Assembly: GCF_018977255.1 (NCBI RefSeq)
Contig: NW_024704742.1
Coordinates: 53,136,001 to 53,200,000 of the forward strand
Direction of reading: 5' to 3'
DNA: 64,000 bases
Source: Callorhinchus milii
Taxonomy: Eukaryota
Within the stretch, counting starts at the first letter, position 1, and every line of letters starts with the position of its first letter. The translations under genes were made by a program, and so were the position numbers. Below the pieces are notes generated by a model. The model was not told the origin of the DNA and made no database searches. It saw only the letters and a program-made list of their open reading frames with translations. Positions 1 to 12,154 of the stretch are shown here, piece by piece.

Positions 1-1484
1 AGAGGCATGTGGAGTAAGGAAACTTGCCTAAGGTTTCGTCGTGCTGGAAATCGGGCCACCACAACATTCCATTATTTAGGTAGCATTTCTGAACATCCAG
101 AATTTGGTTTCAAAGTTAGGGCTAAATTCAACAATTTGCCAAATTCTGGACACCATAAACTATATAAATTGAGTAAATGTAAACCCAGTGGAATTTCTCC
201 CAATCAATGTGATGATTATCAAAATAAATCTGTTATGAAAAATCACGAGTTTGACCCTTGACGTACAAATAGAAAGACAGAATATTACTAACAATCCACT
301 CACTGCTTATTTTATAACTGTAAGATGAGTTGCTCACTGCTGCATTAGGATGACAGCACATTATTTAGCTTGTCAAAGCAATGCTCAGTCACGTATGTTA
401 GAAAAACAAAAATGTGCCAAGCTTCAGCGTCACAATGGTACTTTATGATCAAATCTCAAATCAAAAACACCTCCTGATTGAAAGGACTTTCAAGGATTCT
501 GAATAAATTGGACAGAATCCCGGCAGAGAAAGAAGAATCGCTTGGTGCTGACTGCTCGCCGAGCTTACTTTCCTTCCCTGAAGCAATGGTTAGCAGTGCC
601 ACATGCTAAACCCGAGCAGCTTCTAATGGAGAATGCTTTCCCATAGGACACTGGGGGCTGTCAGTGCAGGCTTCACTACATCACCTGAATTAAAAAGCTT
701 TTGGATCAGATGAGGGAAGTGTCTCCTACCTGCCTGATTCCACCACTGAGCTCCGCTTTGGATATGACTGGAACAGCCTGCTCTGCGCCTCTGAATACAA
801 GCTAACACAATAGATAAACACCACCTAACTAGGTTACTCCAGCTCTCAGGAGTCCGTGACTGCTGGAGCTGCTGTGAAAAAATGGAGAGCATTTCTGATT
901 CAATTGATGCTCATTTCTCCATAGGTCTTGTGCGTCATGGCTTTACAAGAAAGTGAACAGACATCAGGGACATCCTCGCAAACAGGTAAAGAGAGACTTT
1001 GTGACTGACTGGAATGGAATTATTTTACAGTACCTGTATTTCAACTGTGAAATTTACCTCTCCTGAAATAACGGGTTTAAGCAGATTCATTCAAAGTGGT
1101 GCTGCTTCTTTCAAATACAAAACTTGCAGTTTTTTGCTGTGATGCCAGAGTTCATTGTTAGCTGACTATTTCTGACAGCTTTCAGGGAAATGCATCTTAT
1201 TTGGTTCTAATGCTACCCTTGGTGCAAACAAATTGCAAATTGTACAGTGTCCCTGCCGGAGCCCCAACTTGCTTTTCTCCCCACAAATTTGCAATCTTCT
1301 TATTGTTTAAAATGACCCTCTCTGACTTTCATGAAAAACTGTTCAGCAAACTTGTTATTGGTGTCTAAATATTGTGGTCTAATTATTGGGGCCAAGCTCT
1401 CCGAGATGTTACCCATGTGAAGGATGCTATGTAAATGAAAGTTATTGTAATTTGCAGTGATTTGTGACAAGATTTGTTAATATA

Positions 1485-1622
1485 ATACAATTTGCATTTA
1501 TATTATGCTTTTCATGTCGAGAGGACATCTCAAAAAGCTTGGCACTGCTGGCTGAGCACTTGAGCTGGGGGTTGGAGCTGACGAGATTGGGTAGGGGAAA
1601 GATGACCGAAAGCACAGTCATA
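1485..1622 (-). mobile_element. Diverged L2 3' tail abutting the inverted repeat
   Basis: tttgcatttata...gaccgaaagcacagtc resembles 24830-24963. Confidence 0.55.
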
Positions 1623-1628
1623 GTCATA

Positions 1629-2811
1629 GGGATACAGTGTATAGTTTGAGACACGACATGTGCATGCGCCTGCCAGGATGGTGGAAGGCGAACTGATGGA
1701 CCTCGGTCTTTTTTTTCTAGCAATTCTTATGTTCAGTGCAAGCTCACAAGAAACTAATTATACCCAGGATGTATTTATGAAACAACTTGATTGCTGACTA
1801 GGAGAACGGTAGGGTAGGTATTCTGGAAGCATAAGAATAAATGGGCTAAAGGGCCTTCTTCATCTGAACCTCTCTTGAGTGTGTTGATTCTTAAATGAAA
1901 CACATAAATTGCAGGAAGGCAGATCATTTTTACACGAAATTGCTGTGCAAGCCAATTTATTAAGCTATTAATACCGATTTGGTCTACCACTATAAAGGTG
2001 CCAACGTGGGAATGTGTAAGTTGCTTCTGAGGGAGGAAACCTAGTGATCTGTGTAATTACCTAATTAAATTGAAAGCTAACTGAAAATACATCAATACTG
2101 TGGTAACTCTTGAAAACAATAAAATAAAATATTCTCACAAACCTAAGGCTTCTGAGCTCAGAAACTGACGTATTGCACTAACAGTACAAACCCACCAGCA
2201 GTGACACAAGCTCAAGCTGCCAATCCAGCCACTGCCTCTGCAAAATACCCTGTAGAAGTAACTGTGCCAGAGATCTTGAAATCCCGGCTCCTGTAACACC
2301 AGTGTGTGAACCTGAAGCAGTAGCTTACCACAGTATTGATGTATTTTCAGTTAGCTTTCAATTTAATTAGGTAATTACACAGATCACTAGGTTTTCTCCC
2401 TCAGAAGCAACTTACATATTCCCACATTGGCACCTTTATAGTGGTAGACCAAATCGGTATTAATAGCTTAATAAATTGGCTTGCACAGCAATTTCGTGTA
2501 AAAATGATTTGCCTTCCTGCAATTTATGTGTTTCATTTAAGAATCAACACACTCAAGGGAGGTTCAGATGAAGAAGGCCCTTTAGCCCATTTATTCTTAT
2601 GCTTCCAGAATACCTACCCTACCGTTCTCCTAGTCCAGCAATCAAGTTGTTTCATAAATACATCCTGGGTATAGTTAGTTTCTTGTGAGGTTGCACTGAA
2701 CATAACAACATAAGAATTGCTAGAAAAAAAGACCAAGGTCCATTCAGTTCGCCTTCCACCATCCTGGCAGGCGCATGCACATGTCGTGTCTCAAACTATA
2801 CACTGTATCCC
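1629..2811. repeat. Large inverted repeat: arms 1629-2106 and 2325-2811, 218-bp spacer
   Basis: Hand alignment gives ~8 substitutions and 4 small indels over ~480 bp; mirrored ORFs 1775..1990(-) and 2441..2674(+) are nearly identical. Confidence 0.97.
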
Positions 2812-3126
2812 AAACTATTATTTTCTAAAATAAATATATCCTCAAGCCTAAACATTGTTATTAGCTCCTTAGTTATTGACTGGAAATTGCAGTCAAAATT
2901 CAATAACTGCTTAATGCTGAAAGGACTTTTTATCCATAAATGTGTTTAAAAACTTTGTAATATTCACCCCAATATTCCAAATTTGACTATACAAGTTTAG
3001 AATAACTTTCAATTTATGCTTATTATCAACCAGGCTAAAGATGAAATGGGTGGGGTGGGGGTGGGGGAGACGGCAAACTAAGATCAGAAATGGCAATGTT
3101 TTTTCTAAAAAATATAATCAGTGCTA

Positions 3127-3457
3127 TAATAATAATAATAATAATAATAATCCTTACATTTGATATAGCGCTTTTCACGTCAGGAGGATGACCCAAAGCG
3201 ATTCATAGAACACACTGTAAAGTGAATTGACTGTATATTTGTGGGCGAACGCGGCAGCCAATTGCGCACAGCAATGTCCCACAACAGTCGTAGATTGAAA
3301 ATGACCAACTTATTATTGCTTTTTCTTTTGGAGGGATTACTATTAGGTTCTGTGTGGAGTAAGGAAACTTGCCCAAGGTTTCGCCCTGCCTGGAATTGAA
3401 CCCAGGTCTCTCGCTTGCAAAGCGAGTACTCTAACCACTGAGCTACAGGACTCCACA
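3127..3457 (-). mobile_element. tRNA(Ala)-derived CORE-like SINE, young subfamily, full length
   Basis: A box TAGCTCAGTGG, B box GTTCAATTCC, CCTTGGGCAAGT core, L2-type tail, (ATT)n. Confidence 0.88.
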
Positions 3458-3609
3458 TCAGGATGTAAGACAAATACATTTAATTAGTTGTTTTCTCTCG
3501 CCCCACTACTGTTGTTGCCACTCTTGGATCTTGGAACTAAGATTAGACTTATTTGTCTCGAATACGTGATAACGTGCTATATCAAATGGAAGGATTATTA
3601 TAATGTGGT

Positions 3610-4013
3610 AGGTTCAAGCCCCACATTGGGACTTTGTGCTCCTGTTCTAAGTTAACATAATAGAACATCATATATTTGCCATATGGTGCTGGGGAAATGC
3701 TGCATTGTCGGAAGTGCCACTCTTCAGATAAAACATTAAACCAAGAACCTGTCTATTTGTTCAGGTGGATGTTAATCATCCCAAGGCACTGTTGGAAAAG
3801 AGAAAGGAGTTTCTCCTAGTGTCCTGGCCAATGATCCTCCTGATAAAAAAATTATAATTCGCTTCATGGCAGTTTGTTGGACATTGCTGTGTGCAAATTG
3901 GCTGCTATGTTTCCCCACAAAAACAAAGTCACTGCACTTTACAGAAAAAACTCTGTGAAGAGCTTTGCGATGTTTTGAATTGATAAGGTGCAACATCAAA
4001 TGCAAGGATTATT
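3610..4013 (+). mobile_element. Deu-domain-type SINE
   Basis: gctgcattgtcggaagtgcc...ttaaaccaag...caggtggatgttaa...gtgtcctggccaa resembles the Deu domain of SINE3/AmnSINE1/SacSINE1 as recalled; L2-type tail. Confidence 0.7.
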
Positions 4014-6540
4014 ACTTGTTCTTATGCCCTGTCTTCAGATAGTTACAAGAATATAACACATCCATAGTTTTCAAAGTGAGAGCAGAGCCTGCTCTATAGC
4101 TCACATGAAACTGGATTTAAATGTGATTTCTCAAGGCCAGAATGCTAGTTAGGACTAGGAATTCCAATTTTCCTATTCAGAGTGTATTTTTTCAAAGGGA
4201 CAAGATTTATTCTTAGATTCTAGAGAGGAAGGGGCAAATCTTATCCCCGTGTTTGTTAATTCAGCAGTCTTACAACATGCACTGCCAAAGGTTGTAAATG
4301 TACTGACAAGTGGAGAGATGCATCCTCACTGTCAAAGGCCAGTGAATACTGACAAAGGGAGAATATTTTCCCTGAAGATTTCCGACAATGAAATCCTGCA
4401 ATATTCAGCACACAGGGTACATACGGTAGCAGAGCTCCCCTGATAACTCATAATAGTCCAAGGCTCTTTCATAATTCAACAACAGCAGCAATGATTTACA
4501 CTCATTAACTATATATTTAATGGAGAAAAATGTCTCAAAGCATTTTACAAAGCCTGAATTGGGAAGGAGGTGGCGGGGTGGGGGTGGAGGGGGAGGCTGA
4601 GCTAAAGAGATCGCTTTTAGATGGGTTTTGAAAGCAGAAAATGAGGGAGCGAGACATTAAAGATTTCGGAACAAGATTTCTGATAGATATTGATAGAGAG
4701 AGCAGGCAAAACGCATGATAATCCAACCTGTTACAAATAATTAGAACTTATCACTCAGGCTGAATGTTGGCTGACAGGTCTTACTGAGCATGAAAGAATG
4801 GAATTAACATCAACAGAAATAAATGGGTGTCTAAAATATGATGTCTAATGAGCTTCCTTGGTTAGGAAACCGGAAGTACATCACCAACAGTATGATCTAC
4901 TGTTGCAGTACAGTTGCCTTCAGTCAGCATGAAATGTGTAACGTGCCTCCAGTTAAGCGAATGAATCCACACTTCGATAGCTTATTAGGGAATCCTGTTA
5001 GAATCCTATTAACTGGGCCCGTTATTGTTCAGCTTTTTATGCTGTCGGGCACAGTAGCTCCTTTCAACACCCTGTAATTAAACAGAAATATTCAGAACAA
5101 ACTAAATTAATAAGAAGAATGTAAATATGAATTATGATTTTATATGTTATAATCATTTGAACCTTAATAGGGAGAAGTGACTCCACCTCTCAAAATAGAA
5201 AGGAAAACTGGGGGAAAAGTGTAAGCAATTTGCATTTTCTTTGTAGTTCATTATGTAACAAAAAGCAATGTTTTTAAGTCCATGATTGCTGATGTGGTAA
5301 TTAAAAGGATTGAGTGAAATAGTAACTAACCCTGTAATCAAACCTTTTTGTGTTAGAGTAATCATCTGTAACACAAATAGCCAGCTTTGCAAGTCTATTT
5401 TTTTTCTAAATGTCAGAAACTACTAAAAATAACATAATTAAAACATTAACCCAAAGAAAGAGATATTTTCTTAAATAGAAGATGCTCTTTAATACAGCCC
5501 CGGCATCTAAAGGTCCACCAATAAGATTTCTTAATGAAGAAATCATTTCTTAAATATCCTTTATTTTCAAATCAGTGCTCTGACCTTCAACTACAATTAT
5601 TTTTCAAGTATATTATCTAAAAAGCACAGAAGCAGCTGTACCATTTTATGTTTGTTTAGTTAAATAAACTATGTTGAAATGAGAGCATTGGAAATCTTAT
5701 CCACCTGGTGCTCTTTCTGCCCAAGATGATTTGCACTCATCTCCATTGCTCTGTGAGGAACATAGTTCTATTTACCCAACGGAATACTTGGTTTAGTCAC
5801 TGCAATAGTGTTGCTCAATTTAGTTCACATTCAATAAAACACAACTCAGATGCAATTTCAGATATTTATCCAGAAAGACCAACATCTAAGTCATCAAGTT
5901 GCTAGTGTCACTTACTGGTTTGCATATGCGATAAACAGGAAGTGACACTACAACCGGTCTTTTACTGGAGAAGAGCTGCAGTGTCCGTTAACTGAGATTT
6001 TAACTGAGGTCCTGTCTGCCTGTTCAGGGGAGGAAGTTAAAGATCCCATAACACTATTTGAAATGAGAAACAAATGTCACCCAGTACCTTCGCTAACTAT
6101 TGGTCATTTTGTGTCAGTTTGTGGGATGTTGCTGCCATATTGCCTAAAATTACAGTCACTAAATTTGACAGCAATTAAGCACTTTGAAATTTGTTGGGAT
6201 TTTAGACGCTGTATCAAATGTCATGATTATTTTAATTAACCTTGATCAACCTACCTGAATGTTTCTCCTTTCTGTTCCCACTAATTAACAACTGACACAA
6301 ATTGACGGGAAGGGGTGGTTGAGGCAGGACTCTTGATCCATATCAAAAGCAGCTTGATGCTGTGAAGGAGGGGTGGTAGGGCAGGTGTTCTGCAAGGTTG
6401 AGATCAGATGGGCTGAAAGGCCTACTTCATCTGAAACATTCTTGTGATCTGGGATTGTTAAGAAGCCAGCCTTCTTGCTCTCTATCATTTGCTGTTAGAA
6501 ACAATCGTGAACAGAGCTTCCAGCAAGTGAGACCCTCCTA

Positions 6541-6842
6541 TAATAATAATAATCCTTGCATTTGATATAGCGCCTTATCATGTCTTCGAGACATCTTTAA
6601 GCGCTTCACAGAATATATAAAGTGAATTCACTGTATATTTTGTGGTCAAAATGCGGCAGCTAATTGCGCACTGCAATGTCCCACAAACAGTCGTGGATTG
6701 AAGTGACCAATTTCTTATTTTTTTCGAAGGAATTATTATCCTCGGTCGCCAATCAACTAACAACTGGGTTCCTACTTACTGCTAGGTAAACAGAGGCATG
6801 TGGAGTAAGGTATCAAACCCAGGTCTCTCACTTGCGAGGCAA
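6541..6842 (-). mobile_element. Older CORE-like SINE interrupted in its tRNA head (remainder 7154-7180)
   Basis: Tail, body and partial head; head resumes as agtgctcttaccactgagttacagg. Confidence 0.8.
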
Positions 6843-7153
6843 GTGGAGTCCTGTAGCTCAGTGGTTAGAGCACTCGCTTTGCAAGTGAGAGACCTGAGTT
6901 CAATTCCAGGCAGGGCGAAACCTTGGGCAAGTTTCCTTACTCCACACGCCTAATAATAATCCCTCCAAAACCAAAAAACAATAATAAATTGGTCATTTTC
7001 AATCTACGACTGTTTGTGGGACATTGCTGTGCGCAATTGGCTGCCGCGTTCGCCCACAAATATACAGTCAATTCACTTTACAGTGTGTTCTGTGAAGTGC
7101 TTTGGGACGTCCTCCCGACGTGAAAAGCGCTATATCAAATGCAAGGATTATTA
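6843..7153 (+). mobile_element. tRNA(Ala)-derived CORE-like SINE, young subfamily, full length
   Basis: Nearly identical to 40475-40788; A/B boxes, stem-loop tail. Confidence 0.9.
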
Positions 7154-9947
7154 AGTGCTCTTACCACTGAGTTACAGGAATATACAGAATATACTCTAGT
7201 GAATTGACTGTATATTTTGTGGGCAAAACAATTCTCCTATGATATACCATTCCTATGATCTACGCACTGATTAACTCTCAACTTGAATCCTTGACTCCAT
7301 GAAGTTACTAAAGAAATAAATTCAGCTCACTGACTGAGCAATGATTGAATTACAGTTTATATTCCAGGATCTCAGAGCTTATTCCAGCAGGAAAATCATT
7401 ACAATTTGTGTTTAATATATCTGCTTCCACTGCCCACAATTAACAGTTGAGTTGCTAATGCAGTTGAAATCAACAATAATACTATTTACGTGATACAAAC
7501 TGCATCTGTGTTTCTGAAAGTCTTACAATAAATAAATGACTGTTCCTATGTTCAGTGGCAGAAAGTCCAGATATTTACAAGTTCCTGAAAGGGTAAAATG
7601 CTTTGATTCATGTAAAGGTACAAAGTGTACTGACTAAAAATTTTAAAGTTCAGCTTCATACAGCCCACCATTGAGAAATGCTTACGGTCAGTTGCTAGCT
7701 TAGGTCTGTTTACATCCAAATCAAGAGCTTTGCTGTTGTCAGAAATTGCAGGCAGCTCAAAATAGGTTTCCGAGGCTTTGGCAATGCTCCAATTCTCTGT
7801 TTGAAATAGGTTTTCAACTTCCCTGCTATTTCTAATTGGAAATGGAGTTTGCAATTAAAGCACATCTACTGCTCCAGCTCTTGCAACTGATGCTTTTGCA
7901 ATATTTCATCTCACTGCTGGAAAAGTACCCTTGACATCTTTAATAAACAAAGAAACAGGAAATTAATATGTTGCTAATGTGCAGCTCATTGACAGTTATT
8001 ATATTTCCAATTGCCCATTCTCTTATGCAATTGCCAGATTGTAATCTTTTCCATTCCAGGTAGTAAATAAAATAAATTAATGAGTTTATTGATTTTAGAA
8101 TTATATCATAGAGCTGCACAGGGATACGGTTAATCATTTTTTCCAAGAGCTCATAGACGCCAGTGCAAATGTTAAATCAATAATGCCTTGTGGAAATTGT
8201 GACAGAAACAAACTCCGCTCCAGTGACTAAGGAGCTTCGGATTCCAACAGGCCACTGGCATGTCTTGGCTCGGCCTCAAAGGAGCACTTTAGTTTTAAAC
8301 TTTCATTTATATAAAATTTTTATTGCAAGTCTTCTGTCGTAAAATCATAAGAAAGTATGGGTTCATAAAGAACACTTTGCTCCATCAATTCCACCCTCCC
8401 ACATACCACAGAAAAATACTGCTGCGTACTTCCCCCTTTGGTATAATGTTTTGCACAGATGCTCCCTGAACCTCAAGGGTACTCATTTCATCAAACCCCA
8501 CATCTTACCTGCTCTATTTAAACCTCGTCTCTTTCACTCCCCAGACAACATCCACTGTTCCCTCGCTCCCAGGAGCACAGAAACCATTGTGACCTGTAGA
8601 GTATTTGGTTATTTCAGGCTGCATTATCTCTCTATCCAACATTACCCTTTTCAAACAGATACTGTCCAGTTTTCTTTCAAACACATCAATCAATGCAGAG
8701 TCAACTGCCAGTGTATTTCAAGTCCCAATTTACTCTGTAGAGGGGAAAAAGTTCCAATTCCTGGTGTAGGCAGCCTACTTGAATTAGAAGATCAGTGTAT
8801 CACCACTAAATAAAATAAAAATAGAACTATGTCAGACTTTAAACACTATACTAACTATTTAAAGTTTCACGTAGATCATGAAGATCAAGGTTTGATCCAG
8901 AGTTAAACTCAATTTCTCAGCAGTGAGGATACTACAAAATAGTCTCAATTTCCCTGGAGAAAGAAGGGGGAAAAATCAGCTGGGGATCTTTCCTGATCTT
9001 CACCCCGTGTCACCTGTCGGAAATATGGATGTAGAGATTAGGTTAGGGCAGGTTAGAGCTCGGATGTGGTGTGCCCAACAGAAACATGAAGATAGCCCAC
9101 ATATAAGCACACACATGCGCATTTAAGCACACATTTGCACTAACAAGTACACATATGCAAGATTTACATATCCACATATGTACATATATACACACATGTT
9201 TATACACTGGGGGTACACTACATTGTCCTTTGGATAAGATATTAAACCAGGGTCCCTTTTGCCTATTTAGGTGGACAGTGAATATCCCACGGCACTATTC
9301 AAAAAGAGAAAGTGTCCTCGCCAACAATCCCTCAAATAAAATTGATTGTTTACTTCATGGATGCTTATGAGACATTGCACCACACAAATTTGCTGCTATG
9401 CTCATCAACAAAAACACAATTACGTCATTCTACAGAAAAGCTCTGTAATCTAAAAGTGTGGTCAGAATTTCTAGTTTGAATACTTGAGGAAAATTGATGG
9501 GAACAGCGTCAGATATTTGCTAAACTATTATTTTCTTTCATAGAACACGAATGCTTCATCTTTATGAGTACAAAAGAAATGTTGGTACCTGACAACACAC
9601 TTCATCGTCCAGCTAATCCAAACAGACCCACCTCTAACTCTGCTATCAGCTGTTAATCAGCCTGCTTTTATGTACTTACTGATTGAGTTTACATGGAATT
9701 TATTATTTGAATCCGTCAAAAGGGCCAGTAGATTTGGAATCAACCCAGAGTTTCCAGCAGTAAGAAAGCTCTCTCCCCATTCTCCTTGAGGTATGGCTTA
9801 AGTGTGAGGTAAATCTGCTATTTATTATGCAATTTTGTTACGATATTTGTTTGATGGATTTGCTAGCTGTATTTCTTTTGGTTCCTCATTCTTGTACTAT
9901 ATCTGCTGTCAGTGATTGTGGATTTTAACATGTCGTTTAACCAAATT

Positions 9948-10505
9948 TGATTTCCAGGCAGGGTGAAACCTTAAGCAAGTTTCCTTACTCCACACACCTC
10001 TGTTTCCCTAGCAGTAAGCAGGAACCCGGTTGTTAGTCGATTGGCGATTGCTTTAATAATATTAATAATAATAATCCTTGTATTTAATATTAATCTTGAA
10101 GATTGTTAACCAGGACACTGGGTAAACTCCCTTCTCTTTTTGAATAATATCATGGGATCTTTTATATCCACCCGAGGACATTGCACGAGTTATAAATAGA
10201 ACAGTTTGTAGGCAACAATGTGATTTAGGTATCACTCATGAGGTTATTTGTGACTTATTATTCAGGAGTTATTTAGCCAGTCCCATATGGTGAAACCTTC
10301 GATCCACATTTTGGGGTAATAATCCCTTCAAAAAAANTTAATTAATAAAATTGGTCACTCAATCCATGACTGTTTGCTGTGCGCAATTGGCTGTTGTGTT
10401 TTACCCACAAAATATACAGTTAATTCACTTGACAGTATATTCTGTGAAGCGCTTTGGGACGTCTCAACAAGGTGATAAGGTGCTATATCAAATGCAAGGA
10501 TTGGA
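9948..10505 (+). mobile_element. Older CORE-like SINE interrupted by a ~260-bp insert
   Basis: Body 9948-10052 resumes at ~10310 (ggggtaataatcc) and runs to the tail. Confidence 0.72.
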
Positions 10506-12154
10506 TTGAAATGTTTTCAGCTGTTATCATCAGAACCAAATACTGCTACGTTGACACTTAGAGCACAAGCTTTCACTCTGAAATGGATAGTGATTGATAG
10601 TGCTCAACCCCATTTTGTTAAAGCAATTTGTGTGCTCTGTGAAACTGATAGTGACTTTAATGGCTATATAGAGTGCAACATTCATATGGAGAAATTGCTT
10701 CTGCAATGGTTCAACATCCCAAAGCAGCTTTCTGTCCATTTTTGTCCTACGCTACAGTTTTGTCCTACAATCAGGTACGTTCTACATTAACAGAGGTCCT
10801 TCAGTACTTTGCTCCCAGTCATCCTTCAACTATACAATCTTTTAGCATTGTAGCTATTTGACCAGAGGGGGCAATTATAGCCGAGCCTGATCTTTTCTTC
10901 TAGCCCTCTTTCCAATAAGCTTAATAGAAAGGATCTGGATGATTTTAACAGCATAGAACCAGACACTGAGCAACATCAGACTCAACGCCTTTCGCCTCCG
11001 GGCCATCAGCAGGTGAGTTTTCTGCATCGCAGCATCATCTTCTCACCCTAGAACCAGACTAAAGAAGCGGCTGAAATACACATTTGTTCAGCTGAGGACA
11101 TTACAAGTGTTATAAATAGAACAGTCTGTAGGAAACAGTGTGGTTTAAGCATCACTCATGAGACTACTTATGATTTGTTACTCAGGAGTTATTTAGCCAG
11201 TCTCATATGGTGACACCTGTGATCATGCTGCTGCCTGTGTCATGCTTTCTATCTAAATATATTGTGTGAGATCTGAGGGGAATGGAACCCCTGTGTCTAG
11301 ACTTAGATTTTGTTTCTTAGCATTTTAAGCGGTTGAGATGATGTCCTGTGTGAAGGGCTTATATAAATGCAACTTATTGTTATTTTAGGATGCAGATTTT
11401 GGACAATTCTTATATTCGCTTTTTAGATCAAGTACAACTTGCAGTGATATAGTGCCCTTCAGCTTCACATAGAGTAACATCTCGGCGAGATGGCCACTGT
11501 GCTAGATGTGCCTGTCAGCACGAGGATTCTTCCACTTTAATTCGACCGCCATGAAACCCACCTAACAACAGGTTCTGGAGTTGAAGCTCTCACCATTTTG
11601 TCCACCTTTGTGCCCAGACACACTTATTGAAGTGAATAACCTTTTTTTTAATCTTGGGGACTGTTGGCCAGGTCACAGGAGAAACTCCCTTCCTTTGCAA
11701 ATAGTGCCATGGAAATTTTAACATCCACCTGAACAGACAGATGGGACCTTAGTTTGAACCCACAACTTTCTGACTCAAGAGGTGAAAGTGCTACCAACTG
11801 AGTCAGGCCGAACTATTGACAGTGACAAAATGGCACTGACCACACTAGATTATTGTGGAATGAATCCACATTTGCTTTACAAATGCAACAAGAATTTGTA
11901 TTTATATAGCGCTCCTCACGCAGGGTCGTGTCCCAGAGCTCTGAACCTTACAGACTAGTAAGGTCCCCAGTTGGTGTATAAAGAACCTGCTACTGCCCAA
12001 TAATTCCATATCGATTCTACTTGAAAATCTTTTAGTACCTATATATTCAGGAATATTTAAAATTTTATTTTATAACAATCAATGAGTGTTACTATCAGGT
12101 AAGTAAAAGTCGCCCAGAGAAGAAAGGATTGAAATGTAATTTAACCACATCATG

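Noticed and set aside
1775..2674. Twin 71/77-aa ORFs MVDQIGINSLINW...
   Set aside because: GTG-start ORFs produced by the inverted duplication; they overlap CR1 remnants and show no recognisable domain
3047..3067. G-run tract gggtggggtgggggtggggg (G-quadruplex potential)
   Set aside because: Common low-complexity tract with no positional or functional support
6923..7123. Repeated [19 protein letters not shown]... (also 40508..40708)
   Set aside because: Chance translation of near-identical SINE copies
10337..10337. Single N base
   Set aside because: Assembly ambiguity next to an A run; not biological
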